Made by a program: the position numbers and the translations under genes | Origin: the human T2T-CHM13v2.0 reference genome, Homo sapiens | Reading direction: 5' to 3' (one strand) | NCBI RefSeq assembly: GCF_009914755.1 | Contig: NC_060938.1 | DNA length: 64,000 nucleotides | The notes under the pieces: generated by a model | The model's input: only the letters and a program-made list of their open reading frames with translations | Database searches by the model: none | What the model was told of the DNA's origin: nothing | Part shown: positions 18,939 to 33,125 of the stretch, in pieces | Layout: each line of letters opens with the position of its first letter | Numbering within the stretch: the first letter of the stretch is position 1

Positions 18939-19948
18939 ACATAGGCACATATTAAAAAAAAAAAAACATAAACTGGTTTTACATAAAATTAACCACAATA
19001 GTGCAAGAGGTTACACTGAATGAGAATGGATGATGAATGATGGAAAATGTAAGGCTTGGAACAGCTGAATCATTCACTGGATCTTGGGTTCATCCATCCT
19101 GACGCACTGAAATTTATTACAGACATTACAAGAATGGAGGGTGAGGAATGGTGCTTCTCTGTCATCGCCTGGCTAAAACACTGATTTTGATTAATCTCTT
19201 GAATACGGTAGTTTTCTCCAGGTTCTCTTGTTAAGTAGACATAAAAGTTAAATGAATGCTGGCTTAAGGTCAGAGGAGTTCATATCCTTCTCTTCCCTCA
19301 CCCCTATACTTTAGAACTCTCACACCCAACAATTTGCTGTTGGGACCTGACTATACATCTGCTTTCCCACAATGCTCTGGTAGAATACCACTGGGGTTGC
19401 TGATCCAAAGCACATGGAGGCGCAACAGTGCTTAAGGCTTCAGTCATGGTGTGGGGCTAGACAGCATCCCCAACTAGAATTGAGGGTTTGATCTGTGGGG
19501 TAACACGAGCAAGCAGGAAGAGGATGCTGGAATTCCTTACTCTGTCCAGTTGGAATCAATCCAACACATCTGACTACCACAAATACAACCAGAAAAGAAA
19601 CTAAAATTACACACTCAAACATACCATGAAAGAGATGCTATTTTGTAGCTTGTACATAGTTTAAAATTTTTTTAACTACAATTTGATGTTACTAAGAGAC
19701 AACGAGGATACAGAGGGGACTGTCCCTTTTCTCTCATCTGGTTTTGCCATAACTTACAAATAGTCCCAGGATGTTTACTGAGTGTCCTCCTTCAATTTTC
19801 ACAATATTTTATACAAAATGACAAATATATATATACCTCATTGATTATCCTATCATCCCCAGTACTTGGAGGGTTAGACCTACTTCTGTGTCAGGTAGCA
19901 CCCAAATCCTAACATCTATTTTGGAGACCTGTCTGTGCCTCTTCATGC

Positions 19949-20098
19949 TCACACCATTGTTCTGATAGATGATGCCAGTGGAACTTCCAAAGAAGCATTC
20001 CACCTGATCTTCACCACCCTCTTTGATCCTCTTTTTAAATCTGTGTGTGGAAGGCAACTGCAATATAGAGGATTTGGAAGGTTGTCTGTTTCTGTTGT
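19949..20098 (-). CDS. STON2: Stonin 2 distal alternative terminal exon (TTETDNLPNPLYCSCLPHTDLKRGSKRVVKIRWNASLEVPLASSIRTMV*)
   Basis: T18 polypyrimidine tract followed by atcatttccccag|ACA. Phase 0, 49 open codons. 871+49=920 aa, matching a recalled database isoform length. Confidence 0.7.
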   Translation of the reverse strand, partial: TTETDNLPNPLYCSCLPHTDLKRGSKRVVKIRWNASLEVPLASSIRTMV

Positions 20099-21332
20099 CT
20101 GGGGAAATGATAAAAAAAAAAAAAAAAAAGAGAGAGATGTGAAAAGGAAAAAGATGGACCAGGTGATTTTTCCAATCTTCAAAATTTAAATTTCTTGGTT
20201 CTTATAAACATAGGAAGAGTCACTGAAAGGTGGCACCAATGGATATTTTGTAAAATAACCCACAACTTTAGAGCTGGAAAGGACTTGAAGAAACAATTAA
20301 TCCAACTTCCTCACTTTTTTGTCTCAGGAAACTGAAGCCCAATTGGGAAAACAGCAACTTACTTAACATAGTGATTGTCTCCATGGCTATGTCCTGTAAA
20401 GATTCACAGAAACCCCAATTTCCCCTTAATAAATCCATTATGGCATGCCTATGAGTGACTTTAAATAAACAATCCTCAATGTCCTCGTGTCTAGCCTTTC
20501 CTCCCTTTAGGGAAGCTGGCTGCTAACACAGCACCTGACCAGAGTAGACATTTGATAAATATTTGTTGAGTTGAATTAATCCTGCCATCTATCCCTTTTT
20601 ACTATGCAATCTTTATTTTTCCTGGAGCTTCTTACTTTTAACTTTAAGAGATGGCTTCTAGTTCAAGTATTTTGAGGCTTGGTACCCAATGCTGATTTGT
20701 CATCTCTCTAGATTTTACTTTTTCATATTGAAATTCTTTTTTTAGTCTATTCTCTTGTAGCTTTTGTTACATCCAATGATCATTTGCCTCTCTCCAGGCA
20801 CTACCAAACTCATTACTGTGGATAGTTTCTGCCTTTACAGGCTTAGAATTGACAAATTGAGAGACACATTTTTTTTTCAATTCTCAAAACAACTAGACTC
20901 TTTCCAGCAGATTTGCTAAGGCACACTAGAAGAAATGTAAAAATCTCACATTCTTGTTCTAGTTAATACATGGGAGAATATTACTAATACATACATTTGT
21001 TTTCTACATTTGTGGTTGCCTTATACATCTCCTTCACGTTTAATTCCTTAAACACATAAATATGAGTCATGATATCTAAAGCCAGTCTCATTTAAACAAG
21101 ATAAGAAATGGTTTGTGGGGAATTAGCACTTAGACCTTGGTAATGTTTAGAAATCATCTTTAGAAACTTGGTGAGAATGCCCTAATTTTATGTAAAGGGT
21201 CGTCATGGTTTGAATGGGACTTAGTAGTAAAGTGTGTGAGACAGTGCATTTACCAAATGATATTTTTTGTGGATTTAATTTTTTGTTAGTTTTGCTTGAA
21301 ATTCCTGTTAAATTGCATTCTGGACATGACCT

Positions 21333-21858
<526 letters not shown>

Positions 21859-23538
21859 ACTAAGGTCTAGATATGCTGGAATTAACATATAATCCTCATT
21901 TTTAGAAGAGTTAAAGTTACCACTCGAACTGGGAGCATTTCTATAAGCAGGCTGGATGGTAGTGCTTCCTACTTAAACCAATTTAATATTCCCAAGGCTT
22001 TTAAGAAAAAACTTCAGCTCATTCTGTTTTCCCACCACTAAACTTATGGTGAAATATATATCACCTCTGAAATCATGACTTTATCTCACAAATTTTGACC
22101 TTACTATCTCAGACCTCCATCTTACTGTGGTGACAAAATAAATGCAAAGTAACGGTCAGCGGTTAGTGCTGGAAGAACAAAGACCTACTGCATGAAGACT
22201 GGTTGTGCACTCTATCAAATGCTTTCTTTTCCTACTGACCATTGAAATGGGCAAGGCTCAGGCTCATGGATCTGTTTGACTTGCAGGAACAAAGCAATCA
22301 ATCACCGTGACTATGGACAGCATCTATGCTACTATGCTTTGGGGCACAAAAATGTTTTTCAATGTGAATGAGGTACATTGTAGTTCAAATTCAGCAGCAT
22401 ATTAAGTGCCTAAATGCTGACAGGTTTTATTACTTGACTCTGGAGGCAGGAGTAAAAGGAAAGCAAAATTATTTAAGTCCTTCAGGAAATAAAAGCATGC
22501 TTGCTGGCTTTATTATGAGTATTTGATGATAAGTAAGGGTTAAGTAGCCTTCGAGTCTCAGGGTCAGTATTCTTTCAGCAAACATTTATTGAATACATAC
22601 TCATTTTCCTTTATTTCATGAGTATACGTTTGCCCTCCTGGCAAGCATTTAAGGTGGCTGAACCCTATTATATTCCAAGCTTTGTGCTAGGTGTTGGAAA
22701 CACAAAAAATTATATATAGTCCTTGCCTTCATGGATCCCATTTATCAGAAACATAAGTTTCTAGGGAAATAAACTCTTACTCCCAGCCACTGGATTTGAA
22801 TAGAAATCAGTCTCATTTCAAATAAAAAATATTTTAAATCAAACAATGTTCTCAAGGATTATGAACCCTGCCAATAATGCAGGAAGGCACAGTAAGGGAA
22901 GAGCCAAATAGAAAAAATGAAACTGTCCAGATAATATTTAATATGAATGAAATGCAAACTTTTGATAAGGAATAACTAGTACTATGTCTGCAAGAGCAGG
23001 CAAGGGGGATCATCTAATGGTCTCCCCACAAAGTGCCTCACATTGTCTTGTCTGACATGTCATGAGTACATTTCTTATCTTTTTGCTGTAAAGTCAAAAA
23101 GCAGGCCCTAGACTCAAAAGAAAGCACAGCTCTTGATACCACGTGATATCTAATTTATGTTCTAAGAGTAATACTATGTACTGGTAAAATGAATTCATTT
23201 TTAATATTTTCACATTATTGATAACAAAGATTATTTGTGACCACAAAAAAAAAAAATAAAAAGTCCAGGTCCAGGGTTGCAAAAGTAGAATCTGCATATC
23301 CACAGGTAATTTGCCCAACTGTTTTCTATGTAGGTTATTACATAGCTAATTTGCCCACTTGTATTTTCTTTAGAAGTTATTTAAACCTAGTAAAACACTC
23401 ATTACGTCTAAAAATATATAGTATTATTATCCCCAAACCCCTAAATGCTACCCATAATCAGTTTCCTAAAAACAGTAGAGGGAAAACAAATTTGATGAAA
23501 TTAAGATGTTAGGTTTTTAAAAATTAATAATAATTTGT

Positions 23539-23890
<352 letters not shown>

Positions 23891-26588
23891 TTTGTTTGCA
23901 GAATATAGATAGCATAGAAGGGATTTTTCCCAACTCTTGGTAAAAAAAACAAAAAAGTCCAGGTGCATGTACACAGGAAATGAGAATTTACCATGGGGGG
24001 CGGGGAAATAAGCTCCAACAAGCAATCCACATGTTATGCTAGCAGATGAGGCAGAGATCTTGACAGAGTGCTAAGCGTGAGTGACTAAGGAAGGTGCTGG
24101 GATGAGCTTCATTTCCCTTGCCAACTCTCCAATCCATTTAGATGTTCTATGAGGAATTAATCTCAAAAGCCTTCAGTACAACAGGGGAAGAGATATGCGT
24201 TGAAATTCCTTGACAAAAACCTCAAAGGAACTCCACTGTATTTCAAAGAGCATGAAAAACCACTTATGAAGAAAAAGACAAATGAAGTTAGAGAGTCTTA
24301 TTACTATTGAGACTAAACCTATATTTAGAAGGAATCTTGGTAGACATATAGACCAAATCCAATGTAAGATTCCCTTTCACAGCACGTGGGATAGGTGGTT
24401 ATTTTAACTGTTGGGCATTCACAGGAACAGGAAATCTTACTAACTTGAGTCTATTCCTCTTTAGAACAACTCTTATTAGACAATTCTTCCTTATATTGAA
24501 GCAAACATTTGTCACCTGTAAAGTTCCTCTTTGTTCTTATTTTTGCCCTTTGAAGCTACACAGAATAAATCTAATTCCTCTTCCTTTTCATAGCTCAACA
24601 GAAATTTCTAGGCAGCTATTGTATCATTCCCTCCTTGTCTGCACTCCCTTTCCAGCTATACCTTCTGTTCCTTCAGGGAAGCTACTCCCTTGTTCTTGCA
24701 TCATCAGACCCTTTACAACCCTGGTCACCTCCCTATGGACACAATCAACTTATTAATGTCTCTCTTAAAATATGATACCCATAATTGAACTCAACCCTCC
24801 ATTTAGATATGGACTAGATGGAGGGTTAATAAAAGCATGTAAGGCTTTTATTAACACCAGCTGACTACATTAGCTTTGTGAATAGCCATGATATATTTCT
24901 GATTCAACATTGAACCTCCATTTCTGTAAGGAAATATTTCTCTATAAACTACCGTGAAACCAGGTCTTCCTAACACCGTTCCCATCAACACCACACACAT
25001 AAACACACACATCCACAAACACACACTCCACTCTGTACTTAGAGGGTTGCATTTTAAAAACCCAGAATATAGGGTTTCTCATTAATGCCTATTCAATCAT
25101 CATTTTACTTTCAGTCTTAGTTCAGATATTTCAAAATACTGTAACTATTTCTATATCCCAGTGTCAATACACATTTAGACTCCAATGATTGTTCATTGAA
25201 TACATTAATCTTGAATCCATCAGCCAAAAACTGGAGATATTTTTCATTTCTGCATCATCTACAAATCCAATAAAGTGTGCTTTCTGTCCCCCGACTTGTA
25301 TTCTTCATGGGAGAAAACACTAAGATACAAATAAGAAGCAGAGGTGAGTAGGAACGGATGAAGGAAAAGAAGATTAATTGTCCCAGAAACAGATGAAGAA
25401 AAAGAAGATGGAGTGAGCGTTCTGACTCTTGGAATCAGAATATAATGTTCCCAACATTAGAAAAATATGGCTTTTCCACGTCTCTACCCTAGAGATGCCT
25501 TTTCAATCCAATCCAATACTGTGATTATCAAACTCTGAATTTTGGGGGAAAGCTCATTCAAGCTTAATTTTAAAACAGCTTTAAAAATTATCTTTGCAGC
25601 TTAAATTTCCTATAAAGTTGGGTTAAAGGGACATGCAACTGTCTATTGGTCATGAGGTATAAAAAGAACTCCCAAATGCCCCTTACAAATGCCTCAGGTA
25701 TTATGTATATTTGTTTCAGGAATCAGAAGTGGACTGTATTTTTCAGTGTGAATTTGGGAATTCACTGAGATTGAATCTACCTCTTGAACTGAACATCATC
25801 TTATATTTAATGTCTCTTTTCTCCAAAATGAAGAAAACTAAGATTAATTTTGCCTTCCCCTCAACACCCATTTTGCAGAATGTGGGTCCATTCACAAAAT
25901 TAAAAAGTCTCCTATTGTGCCTTTTTCCATTGTCTATTGTGACTCAGGATAGCAAATCCTGTGACTGAAACCTTAGAGAGATGGAAAAAGTGTTCCAATC
26001 TAAACGATCTAGAGCCAGGAGGGAAATGTCTTGAAAGCTTAACAGTTAAAGAATGGAGACACCTCAAAAAGGTCTAGTAAGACCCAAAGAGGAAATTTGT
26101 TTTGCACCTTTTCTGAACCTTTTCTAGACAGAGTGAAAGAGATGGATTCTTAATTAACTTCTCAAGACTGCCTTTGCCAGAAAGTTATGCGAGTGACAGA
26201 TGAACATCAGAAGGCAATCGTGCTAACACTGATGTGGGAGGTTCTTTTCCTGACTGTAACAGTCACAACAAACCACATACCAGTGCTGTGAGATAAGCAG
26301 AGACAAGACAAGGAGGCTTAATTATACAGTAAGCTCCAACAGTCAGGTGAACCTCGTGCTTTAGGCATGACCAGAATCAAAGAGCCTCTCCAAAAGCCAC
26401 CATTCTCAGGGTTTCCTGGTAAAATACAAGTAACTGCAAACAGGAAGATCTGGTATACTGTTCCCAACATGCAGTGGCCACAGCAGGTATTGACTGCAAC
26501 TTCAGCTACTCAGGAAGACACCCTATCATGACTCAGGAAGACACCCTATCATGACTCTGGGATCAGGATTCCTTGCCGCAAGGCTTTG

Positions 26589-26672
26589 TCACTGCACTCC
26601 ACACTCCTTGGGATTTTCCATTTCATCTCCTTCAAAGTCCGGCTTCAAACTCTTTTTTTGCTCAATTTCCAC
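26589..26672 (-). CDS. STON2: Stonin 2 terminal exon, coding part (VEIEQKKSLKPDFEGDEMENPKECGVQ*)
   Basis: Acceptor cttctattcttggcag|GTG, phase 0, compatible with the donor at 28845. 27 codons then TGA. Resembles the recalled rodent stonin 2 C-terminus. Too short for the ORF track. Confidence 0.92.
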   Translation of the reverse strand: MEIEQKKSLKPDFEGDEMENPKECGVQ

Positions 26673-27175
26673 CTGCCAAGAATAGAAGTTGGAGATAAAG
26701 ATCAAAAAGAAGAGAAAAAGCATGCAAATAAATAAGTAAACCAAAACTCCATAGGTACTTTGAAATTTCTTATAATTTTGCTAACATTTTGGGCGTTAGC
26801 CACATTGGAGCTACTGGCCCTGAGTATATCACGTCTCTCTCTTTGCACATGTTCTTTAACTGGTCTGTAATTCCCTTTCCCTCATGGTCCACCAGGAAAA
26901 TTCTTATTCTTTGCCTTGTACATTTGGTCAAAGATCACCCCTTCTGTGAAGCTATTTTTGACTTATTAAGTAGACTTAGGTACTTCTCTCTGTGAATATT
27001 TCCACCGTATCTTGCACACCTGTCTGGCTCCACTATACCATGGGCTCCACAAGACATGGGCAGGATCTTGTTCAATATTTTATGCAATAATGTAGGAATA
27101 CAGTGGGCAATCGACAAAGATTTATCAAATGAATGAATTTCTTTGTAATTGACTGTTTGTACCCCCTCAATACTT

Positions 27176-27479
27176 GTTTTTTTCTTTTTTTGAGACAGGG
27201 TCTCATTCTGTTACTCAGACCGGAGTGCACTGGCACAATCTTGGCTCACAGCTCACCGCAACCTCCACTTCCCGGGCTCAAGTGATTCTCCTGCCTCATC
27301 CTCCAGAGTAGCTAAGATTACAGGCACGCACCACTGCGCCTGGCTAATTTTTGAATTTTTAGTAGGGACAGGGTTTCACCATATTGGCCAGGCTGGTCTT
27401 GAATTCCTGACCTCAAATGATCCACCTGCCTTGGCCTCCCAAAGGTCTGGGATTACAGCCATGAGCCACAGCACCCGGC
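27176..27479 (-). mobile_element. AluS
   Basis: Consensus match. Confidence 0.9.
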
Positions 27480-28266
27480 CACCTCCAGTACTTTCTCTCT
27501 TTAGAAAACCTCCGAACTGATAAATACTGGAATGTTTACAGTTCTGCAATATCTTCTGCAAAATACTGTCACTGTAATTATCAAGAAATTAACAGATTAA
27601 TCTTTGAAAGTAATACATCTCAACCGAAATCTTTGATAGCTCAGGCAAGGAATTCTTTGAGCTCAGGGTTCAGGTTGCTCCTCTCAGCACCACTCTGGAT
27701 ATTTATGACGCTTGACCTACAGGGTAATGATTCAACACACAACAGTCAGGTTTGAGGGAGGTGCTATTTTTTTCCTAGCCACAAGATGGAGTGTTTGTTC
27801 CTTTTGGTAGTTAAATATTTTAGCCCACACAGCTAAGGAAACATTTAGAGGAACAATAAATCACCATATAAATCCAAGGATATTATTATAAATAGAAAAC
27901 CACTTTGCAAAATCCTTCTTTAACAAACTCCTTTTCCAATCGTTGGCATTTAATCTCCTATTGAATTTCTAACTCCCCAGGAAAGTATCACTTTCTATTT
28001 ATGTCAGAAAACTCCAACTTTTATGATTCCTTCCACAGCCCTGACCCTGTTACTATTATAAACATTTGCTTGGCTTTTGAGTTTTGTCCTGTTATAGCCC
28101 AGTACCCAGGTCATGTGTGTCCTAACTTTGTTCAGGTCCACTTCATCAACTCTAACTGAAGCATATGCTTTGGGATAGCATTTTCTCCCCTCCATTTCCA
28201 AGCTCACTACTCTGTGACATAAATTATATTGCAAATGAATAATAACAATTCCTTTACCCCATTACT

Positions 28267-28558
28267 CTTTTTCTTTTTTTGAGACACAGTCTCGCTCTGT
28301 CACTCAGGCTGGAGTACAGTGGTGCAATCATGGCTCACTGCAGCTCAACCTCCCAGAGTCAAGTGATCCTCCCACCTCAGTCTCCTGAGTAGCTGGACTA
28401 CATGCACAGGCCACCATGCCCGGCTAATTTTGTACTTTTTATAGAGATGGGGTTTCGCCATGTTGGCCAGGCTGGTCTTGAACTCCTGAACTCAAGTAAT
28501 CAGCCCACCTCCACCTCCCAAAGTGCTGGGATTACAGGTGTGAGCCACTGTGCCTGGC
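28267..28558 (-). mobile_element. Alu (J/S)
   Basis: Consensus match; TSD ccccatta. Confidence 0.9.
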
Positions 28559-28739
28559 CCCCATTATTCTTTTTGTTGTCATTGCTCATAATGACAGAAA
28601 GACATTATATTCTCCTCTTTGATGAGCCTCTTTATTTTTTTCCAACCTTTCTCTCATCCACTAGCCAGATTATGCATTTAAATCAGAGCAGACGCACCCA
28701 CAGCTATGTATGGTGAACTTCCTCTAAGGCAGTAAGAGG

Positions 28740-28844
28740 TTACCAGGCGAACATAGTAAGCATGGCTAAAAGGAATAAGAGGGGGAGGGTAGTGGGGTGA
28801 ACAAATGGAGTTGGAAGCATTAGCCAGATGCTTCCCAAGGCTAC
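28740..28844 (-). CDS. STON2: Stonin 2 alternative C-terminus by read-through of the splice donor (VALGSIWLMLPTPFVHPTTLPLLFLLAMLTMFAW*)
   Basis: The frame stays open for 34 codons past the donor to TAA at 28742-28740. AATAAA on the minus strand at 28636-28631. Matches the recalled end of the 905-aa database isoform. Confidence 0.8.
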   Translation of the reverse strand, partial: VALGSIWLMLPTPFVHPTTLPLLFLLAMLTMFAW

Positions 28845-29047
28845 CTGGTAGCTGTAGTGTGCAGAATAATTGACCCACTTCCTGACGTCAGTCTTGTCTT
28901 CTACAGCGATAGATCTCACGCTGGCTTTGGAGGCAGAAGTTGTGGGCATGCTGAACTCGACATTCACGTGATTGGCAAATCTGGAAGGCACTTCCCGGTC
29001 AGAGCCGAGTTCAAGGTGGCAAAAGAAACAGTGTGGGTGACCGGAAG
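28845..29047 (-). CDS. STON2: Stonin 2 penultimate coding exon (end of mu-homology domain, ASGHPHCFFCHLELGSD...NYSAHYSYQ)
   Basis: Acceptor ctttctttcatag|CTTCC. In frame with the upstream exon (G+CT=Ala). Donor TACCAG|gtagcc at 28845/28844. Length 203 nt, ends in phase 0. Confidence 0.96.
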
Positions 29048-30156
29048 CTATGAAAGAAAGACAATCGAGAGATCAGATTATTTGGGGAGAAAGTGGAAGG
29101 AGCAGCCAAAGGAGCCACTTCGGTAATAAAGGAGGCCTGTGGGCTCGGCACCCGGCAGCCTTTCAGAGGGTCCAGTGTTGAGCACGAGGATCCGCCCGGC
29201 TCAGCAGAATTCACGCTCCTGTATGCCTCAGCCCCTCGATATAACTCCATCGGATTCTAGCAGCCTGGTATCCTAGCAATAAAACCCAAGGCCTGAGAAA
29301 CAGGGGCCATCCTGCCTGCTCAAGTGAGAGTGATATGTGAACACAGCCCCAACACTAAGAAATAAGGGGTAAGGATGTGAAGAATGGAATGGAAGGGATC
29401 AGCACTTAGCACCTAATAAAATACCAATGACAGCTTCCTGGAGCAAATCATTGCTTTCCTTTGAAGAATGAATTGATTTTCTTAATAGTATTTCATACTT
29501 TCAAAATGCTTTTGGCATGCTTTTGCGGGTAAATGATATATGTAAATGACAAGGACTTTATAAATAGCACATAGATATTAGGGAAGCATATGGAACACTG
29601 GACAAAACACCAACCAGCAGAACACCTGGGTTGGACTTCCAGCTCCCCTGCTAAGCAGCAGAGCTCCTGCCCTCAAGTCCTTTATACTCTCCAGGCCTCA
29701 ATTCCTCCTCTGTAAAGTGGGGAGATTAGGGTACAAGGGATAAAGAGGGAGAAGTACAACAGGGTGGGCTGGGCAATGCCAGGCACAGTCCCTTGCTGCT
29801 CCTTAATTCTATACATCTATGGGTAACTCCACTATACTCGTGATGGCAAACTTTGGGTTTGATTTTTACTTGAGAATTGTTATTGAGATTTTTGAGGAAA
29901 AAGAGAGCTTACTGCTGTGACTATAACCACTGAAACATCATTGTCATTCATCTGCCATACAGGAAACATTGAAGTACCCTATGCCTTCTTCTATGTTAAA
30001 TCTTTTATACAGATTCTCTCTTTGAGTCTTCAGTATGATCTTTCAGGTCAGAATGTTACCTTCATTTTATAGTCGAGGAAGCTAAGGCTTAGGGAGGTAA
30101 AATGAGCTACCCACAGTCACAGCTAGAAAGTGGCAGAGCTAAAAACTGAACCTAGC

Positions 30157-30557
<401 letters not shown>

Positions 30558-30929
30558 CTAGCTATAGATAAACAACATGAAATGACCTTGCCTTAATTAT
30601 GTAACTGAAACAGCCCCTTAGTTATCCCAGTTTCCACAAACAAACAATTCCAATGTTCTTTATTGGTCTGGCTAGGACTTTTCAATCTCAGAGAGTAAGG
30701 ACATACACACCCGCTCTCCAAGGAAAACATTAGATAGTGAAGTATTTGTTTTGCTCTGTTTCACAAACGTAACATATTTCAGTGGTTATTTCTAAAGAGT
30801 AATGCTTTGGAATATTGAAAAATTTGCACTGATTTTCAGAAAAGAATTTAAGATACATATAACAGTAAAAATTAAAGTAATTGAAAATGAATCCACTCAA
30901 TGTTTTTAAATTGTGTGCCACAGATGTAA

Positions 30930-31150
30930 TTATACAGCTATCATTTATGGGACATTTATTACAGGCCAGATACTGCACTAAGCCCTTAAAAGCATTATCT
31001 CATTTCATTCTGAATGAACTAGATATTAATAACCCTATTTTATAGATGAAAAAAATTAGGTTTCTCTGAGAGGGTTAAGTAAATTGCCCGAGGTCACACA
31101 GCCGTTAAGTGGTAGAGCTGGAAATAAGATTCAGAGATGACTCTGCCTTC
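30930..31150 (-). mobile_element. MIR; further MIR-like remnants near 10.8, 30.1, 40.55, 52.65, 55.5, 61.0 and 62.5 kb
   Basis: cctattttatagatgaaaaaa..agg...gagagggttaagtaaattgcccgaggtcacacagc core. Confidence 0.7.
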
Positions 31151-32828
31151 AAACTATGTCCTAAATTCTTCTCAATATATTGCTGTGAAATTAGATCACA
31201 ACAAAGTATACAGATGCATCTCTTAATTTAATAGCAACTTGGACAACTCTTTTAATCTAATTACACTTATTTTGCACATTGTTGGAATATGGAGAAATCT
31301 TTCCTTTCTACACAACTGATTCCCTCCTTTTACTCCACCAAAGTGTACTCACAGCAAATTCTGAAAGCAGCATTCTTTACTAGAATTCTAGCATCGACTC
31401 TCAGATGGGTAAGGGTGGTGGACAGTTAAGGAAGTTCAATTTTGAAAGCTATTATGGTTTAATTCATAGTAATGCATTAAATAAGTCCACACATTCTGTC
31501 ATTTCCCTTGATGAGGTTGAGAAAATTCAACAACAAAAAATTCAGATTTTTAAAATTTCCCATACAAGGATGAACATATTGGGACTGTTTTCCCTTCACC
31601 TGGTCTAATGAGAAGGGGGATTCCTGCAAAGAAAGCCACTTATGCAGGACAGAATGTTTTATTTCCTGGCAGATGATCTGTGGAAGCAGCAGGACTTGTT
31701 TCGGTGCCTTCTAAGATTAAGAAAAACTCTTGGGATGAAGGTAGGAGGGGTCCTTGGAGAGCTCAGAGAGGGGAGCTGCCCACGTATGTGGCTGGGCTGG
31801 GCCAGGCTGGGCTGGGCCCCGCCGGCGGGAGTCACGTTGGAATTCAAAGGTAGCTGCTTGATCTCTTGGTGGCTGGGACTGGGACAAGCCTGCTATAGGC
31901 TAGGGATGCCAGCAACACAAGGGTGCTGACCTGCTGACCTGCTGGCCTCTGCTGCCTGGGGTTTGACTGCCCTGCCCACTGGGGCCTGGAAATGCAGGGC
32001 CACCGTAGGCAGGAACGTGTGAGGAGAAGTAGGCTTCCAGTCAGCGGGGCCTTTGACCTCAGCTGAGCCCTAGCTTCCTTAAAGAAGGTTAAGGATTACA
32101 AAAAATAACCTGTACAAAGCACCTTCCCAGGGCTGTCTGAACACCTAGACAGCAGAGCCCAGGAAAGGGCTATTACTGAAAGATAACCATCAATTCTCTG
32201 GGTTCCCGGATGGAACACTGCAAGGGAGGGCAGGAGCTGGGCACAGTGAATACCAGCAATGAGTGAGAACTTACATTCTGCCTGGAATTCAGATCCTATA
32301 CACCTCAAGTTTCCAAAAAAGGGTGCTGTCCATTTCCTGAACTGGTATGGAAACATACCACTGGCTAGAGAAGTATAAGAAGCCTCTTTATGGGGTTTCA
32401 CTATTGAAAATATTGTTATATAACCATGACAGCAAAATCAGTAATGGGGCAAGGCTGTGAGGATTTAAGTAAGAAACATCAACAGATATCCTTATGCTGT
32501 GCTGTATTTCAAAAATCTTCCACAAACGAGGTTCCAGCAATCTGGAAACAGATATGTAAAACAGCATATAAGCTGCATTTACTTGCCCTTGAGCCAACAG
32601 AACACTCTCCACTGGGAATCATTAAGGAGAGTGTTTGCTGAAGGCCTGGTTTTGCTTTTTCCCTGTCCTGTATCCATCCTCCCTCTCTTCTGGTAGCAGT
32701 CTTTTTCTTTCTCTCCTTTTGGGAAATAATCTTCCCCGGTGCTACATGTTGTCTTGGTGGTCACGTCAGTCAAAATGCACTCCTCTCCCCTAGTCTCTTG
32801 AGCCAAGTTGCAAAAGTACAAAAAATAG

Positions 32829-33125
32829 GGCCAGGTGCGGTGCCTCAGACCTGTAATCCCAGCACTTCGGGAGTACGAGGCAGGCGGATCACCTGAGGTC
32901 AGGAGTTTGAGACCAGTCTGGCCAACATGGTGAAAACCTGTCTCTACTAAAAATACAAAAATTTAGCTACTCAGAAGACTGATGCAGGAGAATCGCTTGA
33001 ATCCAGGAGGTGGAAGTTGCAGTGAGCCAAGATCGCACCACTGCACTTCAGCCTGGGCAACACAGCGAGACTTCATTTCAAAAAAACAAACAAACAAACA
33101 AACACAAAAAAACAAAAACAAAAAA
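32829..33125 (+). mobile_element. AluS with an internal deletion of about 30 bp
   Basis: The junction aaaaatttagctactcag joins the linker to the middle of the right arm at agct microhomology. Confidence 0.88.
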
